Assembly: GCA_014193115.1 (NCBI GenBank) | Contig: BJHQ01000012.1 | Coordinates: 86,803 to 150,802 of the forward strand | Source: Planctomycetota bacterium | Lineage (GTDB): Bacteria; Planctomycetota; UBA11346 | DNA length: 64,000 bases | Direction: 5' to 3' | Shown here: positions 49,929 to 60,835 of the stretch, in pieces | How positions within the stretch are numbered: the stretch's first letter is position 1 | How the letters are laid out: each line of letters starts with the position of its first letter | The notes under the pieces: model-generated | What the model was told of the DNA's origin: nothing | What the model saw: the letters and a program-made list of their open reading frames with translations, nothing else | Database searches by the model: none | Made by a program: the position numbers and the translations under genes

Positions 49929-51593
49929 ATGCCCGCCAAGAAGATCATCTTCAACGAAGACGTCCGCGATAAGATCAAGTCCGGCGTTGAAAAGCTCGCC
50001 CGCGCGGTCAAGGCGACCCTCGGCCCGTCCGGCCGCAACGTCGTGATCGGCAAGTCCTGGGGCTCGCCCCAGGTGACCAAGGACGGCGTCACCGTTGCCG
50101 AACAAATCGAGCTGCGCGACCCCTTCGAGAACATCGGCGCCAGGCTGGTTCGCGAAGTCGCATCGAAAACCGGTAGCCAGGCTGGTGACGGCACCACCAC
50201 CGCCACCGTGCTCGCTGAAGCGATCTTCCTGAAGGGCCTGAAGGCCGTGAACAGCGGCGTCAACCCGCTCGAACTGAAGAAAGGCATCGACGCCGCCGTG
50301 GCCGCGGTCATCGCCAGCCTCGACAAGCAGGCGGTCAAGGTGAAGGGTGATTTCAAGGCAATCGCCAACGTCGGTTCGATCAGTGCCAACAACGAAGCCG
50401 AAATCGGCCGGCAGATCGCCGACGCCGTGCAGAAGGTCGGCGAAGACGGCGTCATCACCGTCGAAGAAGGCAAGGGCGTCAAGGACGAGGTCGACGTCGT
50501 CGAAGGCATGCAGTTCGATCGCGGCTATGTCAGCCCGAACTTCATCACCGACCACGACCACCTGACCGCCGATCTGGAAAACCCCTACATCCTGGTCCAC
50601 GAAAAGAAGATCTCGAACGTTCAGGAGATCGTCCCGCTGCTCGAAAAGGTCGCTAAGGCCAATCGCAGCCTGCTGATCATCGCTGAAGAAGTCGAAGGCG
50701 AGGCCCTGGCCACCCTGGTGGTCAACAACCTGCGCAAGGTCCTCAAGAGCGTGGCGGTCAAAGCACCCGGCTACGGCGACCGCCGCAAGGCCCTGCTCGA
50801 AGACATCGCCAAGCTCACCGGCGGCAAGGCGATCTTCGAAGACCTCGGCATCGAGCTGAAGAACATCGAGCTCAGCGACCTCGGCCAGGCCAAGTCGGTG
50901 AAGGTCGAGAAGGAAAACACCACGATCATCGAAGGCGCCGGAAAGCGCGCCGACGTCCAAGCCCGGATCAAGCAGATCCGCCGCGAGATCGAGGACACCA
51001 AGAGCGACTACGACCGCGAAAAGCTGCAAGAGCGCCTCGCCAAGTTGGCCGGCGGCGTCGCGGTCATCCGCGTCGGTGCAGCCACCGAGGCCGAGATGAA
51101 AGAGCGCAAGGACCGCGTTGATGATGCCCTGCACGCCACCCGGGCGGCCATCGAGGAAGGCATCGTCGCCGGCGGCGGCACGGCCTATCTGCGGGCATTG
51201 GGCGCCATCGACGCCCTCGGCCTGTCGGGCGATGCCAAGACCGGCGCTGAAATCATCCGCGCAGCCATCCAGCTCCCGACCATCACCATCGCCGACAATG
51301 CCGGCAAGGACGGCCTGGTGGTGGTGAATGCCGTGCTCAAAGAGAAGGGCAACGTCGGCTACAACGCCAAAACGGATGTCTACGAGGACCTCGTCAAGTC
51401 CGGCGTCATCGACCCGGTCAAGGTCGCCAAGAGCGCGCTGGTCAATGCGGTCAGCGTCGCCAGCCTGTTGCTGTCCACCGAGGCTCTCGTCGCCGAGATC
51501 AAAGAGCCCAAGAAGGACGCCAAGAAGGGCGGCCAGGGCGGCGGCGAAGATGACGAAATGGGTGGCATGGGTGGCATGGGCGGGGATTTCTGA
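49929..51593 (+). CDS. groL: chaperonin GroEL, copy 1 (with C-terminal GGM repeat tail)
   Basis: Full-length 60-kDa chaperonin ending in ...[11 protein letters not shown]. Confidence 0.95.
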   Translation: MPAKKIIFNEDVRDKIKSGVEKLARAVKATLGPSGRNVVIGKSWGSPQVTKDGVTVAEQIELRDPFENIGARLVREVASKTGSQAGDGTTTATVLAEAIFLKGLKAVNSGVNPLELKKGIDAAVAAVIASLDKQAVKVKGDFKAIANVGSISANNEAEIGRQIADAVQKVGEDGVITVEEGKGVKDEVDVVEGMQFDRGYVSPNFITDHDHLTADLENPYILVHEKKISNVQEIVPLLEKVAKANRSLLIIAEEVEGEALATLVVNNLRKVLKSVAVKAPGYGDRRKALLEDIAKLTGGKAIFEDLGIELKNIELSDLGQAKSVKVEKENTTIIEGAGKRADVQARIKQIRREIEDTKSDYDREKLQERLAKLAGGVAVIRVGAATEAEMKERKDRVDDALHATRAAIEEGIVAGGGTAYLRALGAIDALGLSGDAKTGAEIIRAAIQLPTITIADNAGKDGLVVVNAVLKEKGNVGYNAKTDVYEDLVKSGVIDPVKVAKSALVNAVSVASLLLSTEALVAEIKEPKKDAKKGGQGGGEDDEMGGMGGMGGDF

Positions 51594-51659
51594 TCTCCGG
51601 TCTGCCCACCTGCAATACCACCATCTCACCAAACAAACCAACTCTCCAAGGAAACAACC

Positions 51660-51971
51660 ATGGCTGGCAAGCCCGCTCCCAAACTCACCCTCAAGCCCCT
51701 TGATGACCGCATCGTGGTCATCCGTCTCGAACCCGAGACCAAGACCACCGGCGGCATCCTGCTCCCCGAAAACGCCAAGGAAAAGCCCACCCAGGGCAAG
51801 GTCCTGGCGGTCGGACCCGGTAAGCTGCTCGACGATGGCACCCGGGCCAAGCCGGACATCGCCGAAGGCGATACCATCCTGTTCGGCAAGTACAGCGGCT
51901 CGGAAATCACCGTCGAAGGCCAGGAGGTCGTCATCCTCCGCGAATCCGACATCCTCGCCAAAGTGCTCTAG
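51660..51971 (+). CDS. groS: co-chaperonin GroES
   Basis: [10 protein letters not shown]...GGILLPE...GKVLAVGPG. Confidence 0.95.
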   Translation: MAGKPAPKLTLKPLDDRIVVIRLEPETKTTGGILLPENAKEKPTQGKVLAVGPGKLLDDGTRAKPDIAEGDTILFGKYSGSEITVEGQEVVILRESDILAKVL

Positions 51972-52103
51972 TCGCACGGGGAGGGACTTGGCGCCTGCGG
52001 CGCGGGATGGCTGACGCCAGTATCCCCCGCGCCTCCGGCAGTCGGCCCTCCCTCCCCCTTCCTTCCCAGCATACTCATCAACCTTTTCCTAGGAAAAACT
52101 CAT

Positions 52104-53717
52104 ATGGCCAAACAACTCCTCTTCGCTGACGATGCGCGCCGCAAGGTCCTCGCCGGCATCCAGACCCTCAACAACGCCGTCAAGGTGACGATGGGCCCGA
52201 CCGGCAAGGTCGTAGTAATCGAGAAGTCGTTCGGTGCGCCGAATGTCACCAAGGACGGCGTCACCGTCGCCAAAGAGATCGAACTCAAAGACCCCTTCGA
52301 GCAGCTCGGCGCCGCCCTGGTTAAGGAAGTCGCTGAAAAATCCTCAAAGGTCGCCGGCGACGGCACCACCACCGCCACCGTCCTCACCGAGGCGATCTTC
52401 CGCGAAGGCCTGAAAGTCACCGCCAGCGGTGCCAACCCGACCGAGATCAAGCGCGGCATCGACAAGGCCGTCGCGGCTGCGGTCGAAGCCATCGCCAAGC
52501 TGGCGGTGAAGGTCAAGGGCAGCAACGACATCACCCAGGTCGGCACGATCAGCGCCAACAATGATCTTGAGATCGGCAAGCTGCTGGCCGAGGCGATGGA
52601 CAAGGTCGGCAAAGACGGCGTTATCACCGTCGAAGAGGCCAAGAGCACCGAGACCAAGCTCGACCTGGTCGAAGGTCTTCAATTCGACAAGGGCTACATC
52701 TCGCCGTACTTCGCCGCCGGCAGCGAGAACCAGGAGATCAGCCAGGAGAAGCCGCTGATCCTGGTCTACGAGAAGAAGATCAGCAACCTGCGCGAGTTCC
52801 TCCCGCTGCTGGAGAAAGTTGCCCAGGCCGGCCGGCCGTTCCTGGTCATCGCCGAAGAGGTCGAAGGCGAGGCCCTGGCAGCACTGGTGGTCAACAAGCT
52901 GCGCGGCGTGCTCAACGTCGCCGCAGTCAAAGCGCCTGGCTTCGGTGATCGCCGCAAGGAAATCCTCAAGGACATCGCCATCGTCACCGGCGCCAAGTTC
53001 GTCGCTGAAGACCTCGGCGAAAAGCTCGAGAACATCGAGATCGCCGATCTCGGCACGGCCAAGAACGTCACGATCGAGAAGGAGAACACCCTGATCATCG
53101 AAGGCGGCGGCAAGAAGGCCGATATCACCGCTCGGATCAATCAGATCAAGCAGCAGGTCGAAGAGACCACCAGCGACTATGACCGCGAGAAGCTCCAGGA
53201 ACGTCTGGCGAAACTCGCCGGCGGCGTGGCAGTGATCAAGGTCGGCGCTGCGACCGAACCGGAAATGAAAGAGAAGAAGGCCCGCATCGAGGACGCACTG
53301 CACGCTACCCGGGCAGCCGTCGAGGAAGGCATCGTTGCTGGCGGCGGCGTCGCCCTGCTCCGCTCAAAGAAGGCGATCGAGGAATTGATCAAAGGACTTG
53401 AGGGCGACCAGAAGCTGGGCGCCGAGATCATCCTGCGCGCAGTCGAATCCCCTGCCAAGCAGATCGCTGAGAACTCCGGTCAGAACGGCGCCGTGGTGGT
53501 TGCCGAAATCCTGGCCAACAAGGGTGCCAGCTACGGCTACAACGCCCGCACTGGCAACTACGAGGATCTGATCAAGGCCGGCATCGTCGATCCGGCCAAG
53601 GTGACCCGCGTGGCCCTGCAGAACAGCGCCAGTATCGCTGGCCTGCTGCTGACGGTCGAGGCCCTGATCTCGGACCTCAAGGACGATGAGAAGCCGGTCG
53701 CCGGCTCGGTCTACTGA
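52104..53717 (+). CDS. groL: chaperonin GroEL, copy 2 (no GGM tail)
   Basis: Full-length. About 70% identical to copy 1. C-terminus ...[11 protein letters not shown]. Confidence 0.95.
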   Translation: MAKQLLFADDARRKVLAGIQTLNNAVKVTMGPTGKVVVIEKSFGAPNVTKDGVTVAKEIELKDPFEQLGAALVKEVAEKSSKVAGDGTTTATVLTEAIFREGLKVTASGANPTEIKRGIDKAVAAAVEAIAKLAVKVKGSNDITQVGTISANNDLEIGKLLAEAMDKVGKDGVITVEEAKSTETKLDLVEGLQFDKGYISPYFAAGSENQEISQEKPLILVYEKKISNLREFLPLLEKVAQAGRPFLVIAEEVEGEALAALVVNKLRGVLNVAAVKAPGFGDRRKEILKDIAIVTGAKFVAEDLGEKLENIEIADLGTAKNVTIEKENTLIIEGGGKKADITARINQIKQQVEETTSDYDREKLQERLAKLAGGVAVIKVGAATEPEMKEKKARIEDALHATRAAVEEGIVAGGGVALLRSKKAIEELIKGLEGDQKLGAEIILRAVESPAKQIAENSGQNGAVVVAEILANKGASYGYNARTGNYEDLIKAGIVDPAKVTRVALQNSASIAGLLLTVEALISDLKDDEKPVAGSVY

Positions 53718-53744
53718 TCGTTCCGAGAAGCGAAGCGAAGTTCC

Positions 53745-53781
53745 GCGGCCCGGGGCAAACGCCCCGGGCCGCTGCGTTTCC
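53745..53781 (+). terminator. intrinsic-terminator-like hairpin after groEL2 (GCGGCCCGGGGC-aaac-GCCCCGGGCCGC followed by tgcgtttcc)
   Basis: A perfect 12-bp stem and a weak U-tract, 28 bp after the stop. Confidence 0.45.
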
Positions 53782-53892
53782 GGTCCGGCCGCGTCGCTCA
53801 TTGACCGCCTGGCGATCGTTTGCTCGACTCTCAACACAGCAGATGAAGCATGAAGGACCCGCACAAAAACAACATGAGCAATGTTCCACTTG

Positions 53893-54120
53893 GACGTCCC
53901 GTAGGGACGCCACGGCACCAGCCCGGGGCTTCAGCCCCGGGTAGGATGGATTGCATGGGAAGCCCCGCAGGGGCGGCTGAATTCTCTGCGGGCTTCAGCC
54001 CACTAGGGCGTTCATACTGATCACCCGGACTCAACCGTCCCTACGGGACTGAGTCCTGAACGGGCTATGATACCCGGGGTTGAAACCCCGGGCTCAACTC
54101 GTGGCGTCCACGGGACGCCT
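53893..54120. repeat. cluster of about 8 short hairpins sharing stems GGACG/CGTCC (x3) and CCCGGGG/CCCCGGG (x2)
   Basis: Read directly from the sequence. Local GC is about 57%, lower than the flanks. Confidence 0.7.
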
Positions 54121-54352
54121 GCTTCCCGCCATGGAAATCACATTTGCAAGGCGCTCAAGTTGTTCTTGCGTGCGCCCTCAGCTCAGACCCCAAGGAAATA
54201 CGTGGGACTCCCCGCTCGTAGGAAGAACCACAAAGTGAGAACGATTTTCCTCCAACTTTCAATCTCTTGGCGTCTTAGCGACTCCCCAACAGCGTGATTC
54301 GGGTTGACACCAGCGAGTTTATGGTATCAGATGTTATCAAACGGAGACCACC

Positions 54353-54727
54353 ATGCCTATGGCCCGAATCCTGCCCGTCGCTATTGCCGTGCTCCTTCTG
54401 GCCGGATGTTGTTACGACGATTCCAGCGGCAGTAATTCCCGCTCCTTTTCCGTCGCCATCGAAAACGATACCGCCGTCGACATCGAGGTCCGCTTTCTGC
54501 GCGGCGCCAGCGATGACGACTGGCGGTGGTCGAGCATCCATCTCGATTCCTATCAGTTCAAGAACGAGCTCGTGCTGTTCAATGACCGCAGCGATACCAT
54601 CCTGTTCATTTATTCGGGTGGCGTCCTGAAAAAAGAGAAACTCGCGGTGCGCCGCAATAAGATCACCATCGAGCCGTCAGATGTCGGCCTGGCGCCGGAT
54701 CCCGTCAGGCTGAACGGGAAGACCTGA
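54353..54727 (+). CDS. hypothetical lipoprotein (124 aa)
   Basis: Signal peptide with lipobox LLAGC. Lower-GC codon usage than neighbours. Confidence 0.4.
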   Translation: MPMARILPVAIAVLLLAGCCYDDSSGSNSRSFSVAIENDTAVDIEVRFLRGASDDDWRWSSIHLDSYQFKNELVLFNDRSDTILFIYSGGVLKKEKLAVRRNKITIEPSDVGLAPDPVRLNGKT

Positions 54728-54925
54728 GGCTCGACCGGCCTCGCCACAGTGAGACCTGGGGCTCGTGCAGGTGCCTCACGCAGATCCGGCGCGGCGATGC
54801 CCACATCGCCGGAATGGCTCGGAGTCGCATTCCCAAACCAGCGGCCACGATCTGATCAAGCGACCATCGGAACCAACGTCGCGCCGGCGATGAGGGCATC
54901 GCCGCTCCGAAACGCGCGGCCTTGT

Positions 54926-55486
54926 TCAGTGCTTCTTCGCCGGCGCCAGCATCGCGTGCATCCGCTTGCCCTCCATCTTGGGCTCCTGTTCCAGCTTCGC
55001 GAGGTCTTCGACCTGGACGGTGAATTTCTTGATCATTTCCAGACCTAACTCGCGATGGGCGAGCTGGCGGCCACGGAAGACCACCATCAGGAGCACCTTG
55101 TGGCCAGCCTCCAGGAACTCCCTGGCGTGCTTGACCTTGATGTCCACATCGCCCTGGCCGGTGACCGGAGTCAGTCGGACTTCCTTGGTCTCGGTGCGGT
55201 GGGCGTGGGATTTGGTCTGCCGCTCTTTTTTCTGCTGTTCGAACAGGAACTTGCTGTAATCCTGGATCCGGCAGACCGGCGGTTTGGCTTCGGCGGCGAC
55301 TTCGACCAGATCGAGTCCGGCAGCCTGTGCACGCTGGAGCGCGTCGAGGATCGACACCACCCCGACTTGTTCTCCCTGCTGGTCGATCAGGCGCACCTGG
55401 GGCGAACGGATCTTGTCGTTGCAACGGGCGCGATTGGCGTGCTCAGGGGGTGGAAGGGGAATGCGACTGCGGCGGCGACCGATCAA
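54926..55486 (-). CDS. infC: translation initiation factor IF-3 (probable non-AUG start)
   Basis: VRLIDQQGEQVGVV...LVEVAAEAKPPVCRIQDY and the C-domain. There is no in-frame ATG near the expected N-terminus. A TTG/ATC start as in other infC genes is likely. The ORF runs to 55519. Confidence 0.8.
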   Translation of the reverse strand: MIGRRRSRIPLPPPEHANRARCNDKIRSPQVRLIDQQGEQVGVVSILDALQRAQAAGLDLVEVAAEAKPPVCRIQDYSKFLFEQQKKERQTKSHAHRTETKEVRLTPVTGQGDVDIKVKHAREFLEAGHKVLLMVVFRGRQLAHRELGLEMIKKFTVQVEDLAKLEQEPKMEGKRMHAMLAPAKKH

Positions 55487-55637
55487 GTGGAGAGGCTCCG
55501 AGGTGGGGGACGCCGCCACATGGGCGGCAGGATGCGTGGGTGGTTTATGCCGTGGAATGTCCGTGGTACAATCCCTGGACGGGACGCTTGGACCACCAGC
55601 AGGCCAGAATGGCTCTGACCAGCTGGCGCTTGCGGGC

Positions 55638-58600
55638 TCACGGATTCTTTGGCTTGGCCAGGATGCCTTGGCTCGGATCGGGGCCGGTCTCCTCCGGACG
55701 CTCGACCGCCGGGACGATCACGCGGCCTTTGAACGACAGCAGCAACGGCGCGGCCACGAAGATCGAGCTGTACAGGCCCGAGAGCATACCGATCAGCAAC
55801 GTGGCGGTGAACGGGCGCAACGCATCACCGCCGAAGATCAGCAGGACCACCAGGGTGCTGAGCACGGTGCCTGAGGTCAGCGTCGTCCGCGCCATGGTCT
55901 GGGCCACCGACAGGTCGATGATCTCAGGCAGCGGCAAGTTGAGCCGGCGGAGGTTCTCGCGGATCCGGTCATAGATGATGATCGTCTCGTTGATCGATGC
56001 GCCGATGATGGTGAGCAGCGCCGCCACCACGGTCAGGTCGATTCGGAAGCCCAGGGCAGTGATCAGGCCGACGGTCATCAGCACGTCATGGACCAGGGCG
56101 ACCACCGCGCCGATGCCGAAGCGGAACTCGAACCGGGCTGCGATATAGGCCATGATCGCCGCCAGGCTGAGGATCAGGGCGACCAGGGCGCTCAGCTTCA
56201 TCTGGTCGGCCACCTGGCCAGAAAAATGTTCGCTGGCCGGGAATGGACGGACCACGGTGATGTTCAATCCGGCGGCGACATCCGCGACCTTGTGGGCCAG
56301 TTCCGAAGCCACCTGAGCGACGGTGGTGGCGTCTGGGCCGGCAGATTTTTCCAGCAGGGACGCGAAGCGGATCGCCTGGGGATCATCGAGCGGCCCGGTC
56401 TTGGGCACCGGCGGGGCCTTGTAATCGACGGTGATCGCAAGCGAGGAATCCTTTGCGCTGATGCTGACGTTGGCGAACCGGCTGAGCTTGCGCACCAGTT
56501 CTTCGACCGATGCGGTTTTGGGCGGGTCGAGGGTCGCCAACCGGAACGACAAGACCTTTCCAGTCAGGCTGGCTTCAAGGATCTCTTCGCCTTCGGCTGC
56601 GATCTGGCCAGGGAAGGCCTTGGCGAGCTGCTCCTTGAAGACATCGGTCCGCCGCGAAATCTGATGGGCGAGCTGGGCGACCTCGGCCTCGACCGGCTGC
56701 TGCTCGGCCAGCTTGGCTTTGACCGCCTGGGTATTGCCTGGCTGTTGACGCAGAACTTCGACCTCACGGCGCAGCGCGGCGTTCTTGTCTTCGACCTGAC
56801 GTCGCTTGGCTTCGAGTGCGGAGCCCTCGTCGTCGCGCACCCGGAAGGTCCATTGGCGGCTGGTCGCGGCGCCGCCGAATTCGGAGTAATACGCCTGGAT
56901 GCGCAGCTCATGGGGATTGATCAACGAGGATTTCTGCTGGTCGGGCGGCAGGGTCGAGAAGGCCTCTTTCACCGATTGCTCGATCTGGCCAAGCCCCTTG
57001 GCTTCCTTGAAGGTCACCTGGACCATGCTGCCGCCGGTGAAGTCGATGTCGAAATTGCGTTCGAACGTGGTGCCCATCACCAGGTGCCCACAGCTGAACC
57101 AGAACAATCCGGCCACGGCGGTGATGATGGAGAAATAATAGGCGAACCACCGGCCATTGACGTAAGGCAGGCGCAGGGCCGGGACCCACGAGGCCATGGT
57201 CAGGGTGGTCTGGTTCCGGCACAGCCAGTCGGTGAGCAGCCGGCCGATGTACACGCCGCTGAACAGGTTGACCACGATGCCGATCATCAAGGTCAGGCCG
57301 AAACCCTTGACCGGGCCGGTGCCGATCAGGAACAGGATGAAGGCGGTGGCGAAGGTCGTCAGGTGCGAATCGATGATGGTCAGGAAGGCGCGGTCGTAGC
57401 CTGCCTCGATCGCCGCCTTCAGCCCTTTGTCCTCTTTCAATTCCTCTCGGATGCGTTCGAAGATCAGGATGTTGGTATCGACCGCCATGCCGATGATCAG
57501 CACCAGTCCGGCCAAGCCGGGGAGGGTGATGGTGGCGTCGAAGATCGACAAGGTCGCGACGATCAGCAGGGCGGTGCACAGCAGGCAGAGATTGGCCACC
57601 GTGCCCAGCCGCCGGTAGTACACCCACATGAAAGCGACCATGGCCAGGATGGCCACCACGCGGATGACCACCGTGCGGTTGATGGCGTCTTCGCCGAGGC
57701 TGGCGCCAACCACCCGTTCCGACAGCACTTCAGGGGTCACGGACAGCGACCCGCCTTTCAACGTCGAGCGCAGGCTGTCGATCTCGTCCTGGGTGAAGCG
57801 GCCATAGATGATGCAACTGGCACTGGAGGGCGAGGTGACGTGGGCTGCGGACTTGACCACGCCGTCAAACAGGATGGCGAGGGTGCCGGTGCCCTGTCCG
57901 CCGCGTTCCTTGTCCTGATTGAACAGGGCGCGGGTGAATTCCTCGTTCTTGCCAGCGCCGACCGCGGTGAAGGCGATCGACACCGCCAGCTGGCCCTGAT
58001 GCATGGTCGAACCGGCGTCGGACACGTCCAAACCGGTCAGGCGGACCGGACCGAGTCGATAGAAGGTGCTTGGCGGTTCGCCCAGCTCGGGCTCCTTGGG
58101 TGCCAGAAGGTCCTCGCGGCCGAGATAGATTTTGCTGCCCGGAGCCAGGCCGAAGCGGCCATTGCCGAGGTCGATGACCTGCGATCCGGGCATGTCGGGC
58201 CGGCCATCGATGGTCATCTGGTTATGGTCGGCGGTCGGCCACAGCACTTCGCGGAATTCCAGCCGGCCGCTGGATTCCAGCACTTTGCGGGTACGGGCGG
58301 CATCGGCCTTGGTGCCGCCGGGAATGACGACTTGCAGATCGCCGTTCGACATGCGGGTGACGGTGGGCTCGGTCAGTCCGCGTTCATCAAGTCGGCTGCG
58401 CAGGATCGCCATGACCTCATCGGTGGCCGCGACATCCTCGCCCTGCTGGTTGCGCAGGTGGCAGATGAACTCGACGCCGCCGCGGATGTCGATGCCGCGG
58501 TTCATGTGGGCCAGATCCCGGGCCGGGTTGGCATAGGACACTGGCCGGCCCGACAGCCGGCTGCGCAGCTCGGCGAAATGGACCTCCTTGGCAGGACGCA

Positions 58601-58934
58601 AGGTCACGGTCTTGTCGGAGTTCCAGCGTGGCGCCTCGACCAAGGGGATGGCCTTCTCGCCGTCCCTGGCGCTGAGCCGCCGGGTCAATTCGCCCTCCAG
58701 GACCTTCCAATCAGCTTCGGTGGTGAGATCCTTGGGCAGGCCGGCGACGTCCTTCAGCACCACCCGGTAGGCCTTGGCCTCATCGGCCGGGGCGCTGGCG
58801 GCCGCCGGCACCTCGCGCAGCTCGATCTGGAATTCCTGGTAACCGGTATCGACCCAGTTCTTGAGGACGAGCAGGAGCAGGGCGACGAGCCCGACCGCGC
58901 TCACCACCACCAGGCGGCGGTAGATCGGATTCAC
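55638..58934 (-). CDS. secDF: protein translocase subunit SecDF (fused, 1098 aa)
   Basis: SecD N-terminal TM, a large periplasmic domain, two 6-TM RND-like bundles, and a long insertion with coiled-coil-like AEQQ.. segments. Confidence 0.9.
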   Translation of the reverse strand: MNPIYRRLVVVSAVGLVALLLLVLKNWVDTGYQEFQIELREVPAAASAPADEAKAYRVVLKDVAGLPKDLTTEADWKVLEGELTRRLSARDGEKAIPLVEAPRWNSDKTVTLRPAKEVHFAELRSRLSGRPVSYANPARDLAHMNRGIDIRGGVEFICHLRNQQGEDVAATDEVMAILRSRLDERGLTEPTVTRMSNGDLQVVIPGGTKADAARTRKVLESSGRLEFREVLWPTADHNQMTIDGRPDMPGSQVIDLGNGRFGLAPGSKIYLGREDLLAPKEPELGEPPSTFYRLGPVRLTGLDVSDAGSTMHQGQLAVSIAFTAVGAGKNEEFTRALFNQDKERGGQGTGTLAILFDGVVKSAAHVTSPSSASCIIYGRFTQDEIDSLRSTLKGGSLSVTPEVLSERVVGASLGEDAINRTVVIRVVAILAMVAFMWVYYRRLGTVANLCLLCTALLIVATLSIFDATITLPGLAGLVLIIGMAVDTNILIFERIREELKEDKGLKAAIEAGYDRAFLTIIDSHLTTFATAFILFLIGTGPVKGFGLTLMIGIVVNLFSGVYIGRLLTDWLCRNQTTLTMASWVPALRLPYVNGRWFAYYFSIITAVAGLFWFSCGHLVMGTTFERNFDIDFTGGSMVQVTFKEAKGLGQIEQSVKEAFSTLPPDQQKSSLINPHELRIQAYYSEFGGAATSRQWTFRVRDDEGSALEAKRRQVEDKNAALRREVEVLRQQPGNTQAVKAKLAEQQPVEAEVAQLAHQISRRTDVFKEQLAKAFPGQIAAEGEEILEASLTGKVLSFRLATLDPPKTASVEELVRKLSRFANVSISAKDSSLAITVDYKAPPVPKTGPLDDPQAIRFASLLEKSAGPDATTVAQVASELAHKVADVAAGLNITVVRPFPASEHFSGQVADQMKLSALVALILSLAAIMAYIAARFEFRFGIGAVVALVHDVLMTVGLITALGFRIDLTVVAALLTIIGASINETIIIYDRIRENLRRLNLPLPEIIDLSVAQTMARTTLTSGTVLSTLVVLLIFGGDALRPFTATLLIGMLSGLYSSIFVAAPLLLSFKGRVIVPAVERPEETGPDPSQGILAKPKNP

Positions 58935-59365
58935 GGCTTGGCTCCCTTCGCCGCCTCTTCAGCGGTCAGGTTGGTGCTGATCGCTCCCAGGTTGAAGGTC
59001 ACCACCGCGCTCTTGTCGGTGCCCAGGCGCAGATCGACGGTCTTTTCACCGACCGAATCGACCACTCCGTGGGCGCCGCCGATGGTCACCACCCGATCGC
59101 CGCGCTTGATCGCGGCGATCATCTCCTTGCGTCGTTTCTCCTCTTTCTGCTGGGGGCGGATCAGCACGAAATACATGAAGGCGACGACCGCCAGCATCAT
59201 CAGGAAGAAGAACAGGTTGTTCCCGCCTCCGTCCGCCGCAGCCGGATGGCCGGGGGCCGCCGGCGCAGGGTCGCCGGGGATGGAGGGCCCGCCTTCGCCA
59301 GCGACGAGGCCGATGGCGAGCGTCACGGCGAGCAGTGAGACGGTAGACAGGATGCGGAAGAACAT
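58931..59365 (-). CDS. yajC: preprotein translocase subunit YajC (with Ala/Pro/Gly-rich insert)
   Basis: A TM plus RPQQKEEKRRKEMIAAIKRGDRVVTIGGAHGVV. Its stop overlaps the secDF start (ATGA). Confidence 0.8.
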   Translation of the reverse strand: MFFRILSTVSLLAVTLAIGLVAGEGGPSIPGDPAPAAPGHPAAADGGGNNLFFFLMMLAVVAFMYFVLIRPQQKEEKRRKEMIAAIKRGDRVVTIGGAHGVVDSVGEKTVDLRLGTDKSAVVTFNLGAISTNLTAEEAAKGAKP

Positions 59366-59960
59366 GGGGATCCAGAGGAAGGAGGAGGGGCGGCGGGGGA
59401 ACGCTGAACCGCGACACCGATGCGGTCCGCATCGGTGTGGGCACGGCGGTCGCCGATGGTCAGGGCGCCCGTGGACCGCGGGCGGAACCGAGGCGCGGCG
59501 ACGGCGCGGCGGACCGGTCCTGGGACCGCGGGGCAAGTCGGTTGGCGACCGCCCATCGTTCCAGCGGTGGAGTCGGTGCGACGCAGTCGGCTGACGCTGC
59601 TACAGGCGTCGGCAGCCCGGCCGGAACCGCCAATGGCGCCGCCAGGACCTGACCTTCGCCGGAGAAACCGGCCAAGGGCGAGGCGGCGCGGGCGCTGGCC
59701 GATGACAGCAGCAGCGCGAGCAGCGCCACCAGCGGCCGCCACGACCAGACGCCAGAGGCGGCCAGGCAGCGGAGCACGGACGACAGGCCAAGCGGCATGG
59801 GCGGGGCAGGCTCCGCAGCTTACGGCCGACCGCAAGGAGGAAGCCGATCAATCGCGCCGGGCAGACCCCGCGGCCCGCCCGGAGCATGGAGCGAGCCGCC
59901 GTGCGGCCCGGTCGACACTGGGCGTACTCGGGTTCGGCGAACCCGGCGTCCCAGGACAAG

Positions 59961-60338
59961 TCAGGCGATCAGGCTGTTGCGCAGGACCATCAGCCGTTTG
60001 GCGGCGTCGCGTTCGCGGCAGGTGCGGGCGGCGGCATCGATGGCGTTGGCCAAGGCCAGCTTCAAATCCGGCGGGCAGTCAGGGATGGCCTCGACCAGAG
60101 GCAGCTCGACGGTGTCGACCACGGCAACGATGGCAGCGCTGTCGCCGCGATCGGCAAGTTGCTGAAATAACCGGATCGCCGCCAGGCAGCGGGCAGGTCC
60201 GATGGAGCGCAGGACATCCTCGACCAGCTGGTGCGAGGCCGGGCCGAGCAGCCGGTTGCGCAGCCACCAGCCGAGCAGGATGCCGCCGCCGACAGCGATC
60301 AGGGCGGCGATGACGGGGATAAGGACTTTGAGCATCAC
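59961..60338 (-). CDS. hypothetical membrane-anchored protein
   Basis: N-terminal TM (VLIPVIAALIAVGGGILLGWW). Last gene of the flotillin cluster. Confidence 0.3.
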   Translation of the reverse strand: MMLKVLIPVIAALIAVGGGILLGWWLRNRLLGPASHQLVEDVLRSIGPARCLAAIRLFQQLADRGDSAAIVAVVDTVELPLVEAIPDCPPDLKLALANAIDAAARTCRERDAAKRLMVLRNSLIA

Positions 60339-60835
60339 TCCCCTTTGAATCGGAATGAGGTGACCAGCTGCATGAAATCCTGAATATCCTGCTCGGATCG
60401 AGCGGTCATGTCGAAATGTCCGCAGTTGGTCAGACGGGCTTTGATGACCGAGGCGGTCACCGTTTGGGGAAAGACCTTCCCCGAAATTTTGATCAACAGG
60501 ACATCGGACAGGTGCTCTTTGTCCTGGCTGTCGGTGATGGTCAACCCAGCCATCTTCCCAATATCCGCGGATATGATCGAGCCGGTCGCCTGGCTGACGA
60601 ACCGACCTCGTTCGGAATCGATGGTTCCGGTCCGTTCGTACGCATATCCCGCAGGCAAAGCGACGGCATAGGTCTTGGGCTGATCATCGGCCGAATGAAC
60701 TGCCGGTATGAGCAGAACGAGCAATGAAAAGACAGGAAAAAATGCTCTGAAGGGAGACCGGATCGTTCTTTCATTTGCACCGGAACGGGTGATCGCATCA
60801 ACGTGGTTCACGGCCGACCTTTTTGGCAAAATCAT
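60335..60835 (-). CDS. hypothetical secreted protein (low-GC gene)
   Basis: Signal-peptide-like FFPVFSLLVLLIPAVHSADD. About 52% GC against a 67% background. Confidence 0.3.
   Translation of the reverse strand: MILPKRSAVNHVDAITRSGANERTIRSPFRAFFPVFSLLVLLIPAVHSADDQPKTYAVALPAGYAYERTGTIDSERGRFVSQATGSIISADIGKMAGLTITDSQDKEHLSDVLLIKISGKVFPQTVTASVIKARLTNCGHFDMTARSEQDIQDFMQLVTSFRFKGE

Noticed and set aside
49740-52103. Search for a CIRCE/HrcA operator upstream of groEL1, groES and groEL2.
   Set aside because: No inverted repeat resembling TTAGCACTC-N9-GAGTGCTAA is present in any of the three upstream regions.
59420-60313. 297-aa Arg/Pro-rich plus-strand ORF and overlapping minus ORFs upstream of yajC, including a possible small secreted ORF at 59460-59798.
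   Set aside because: The composition is extreme and the frames are mutually overlapping. The small signal-peptide-like ORF cannot be excluded but has no support beyond hydrophobicity.
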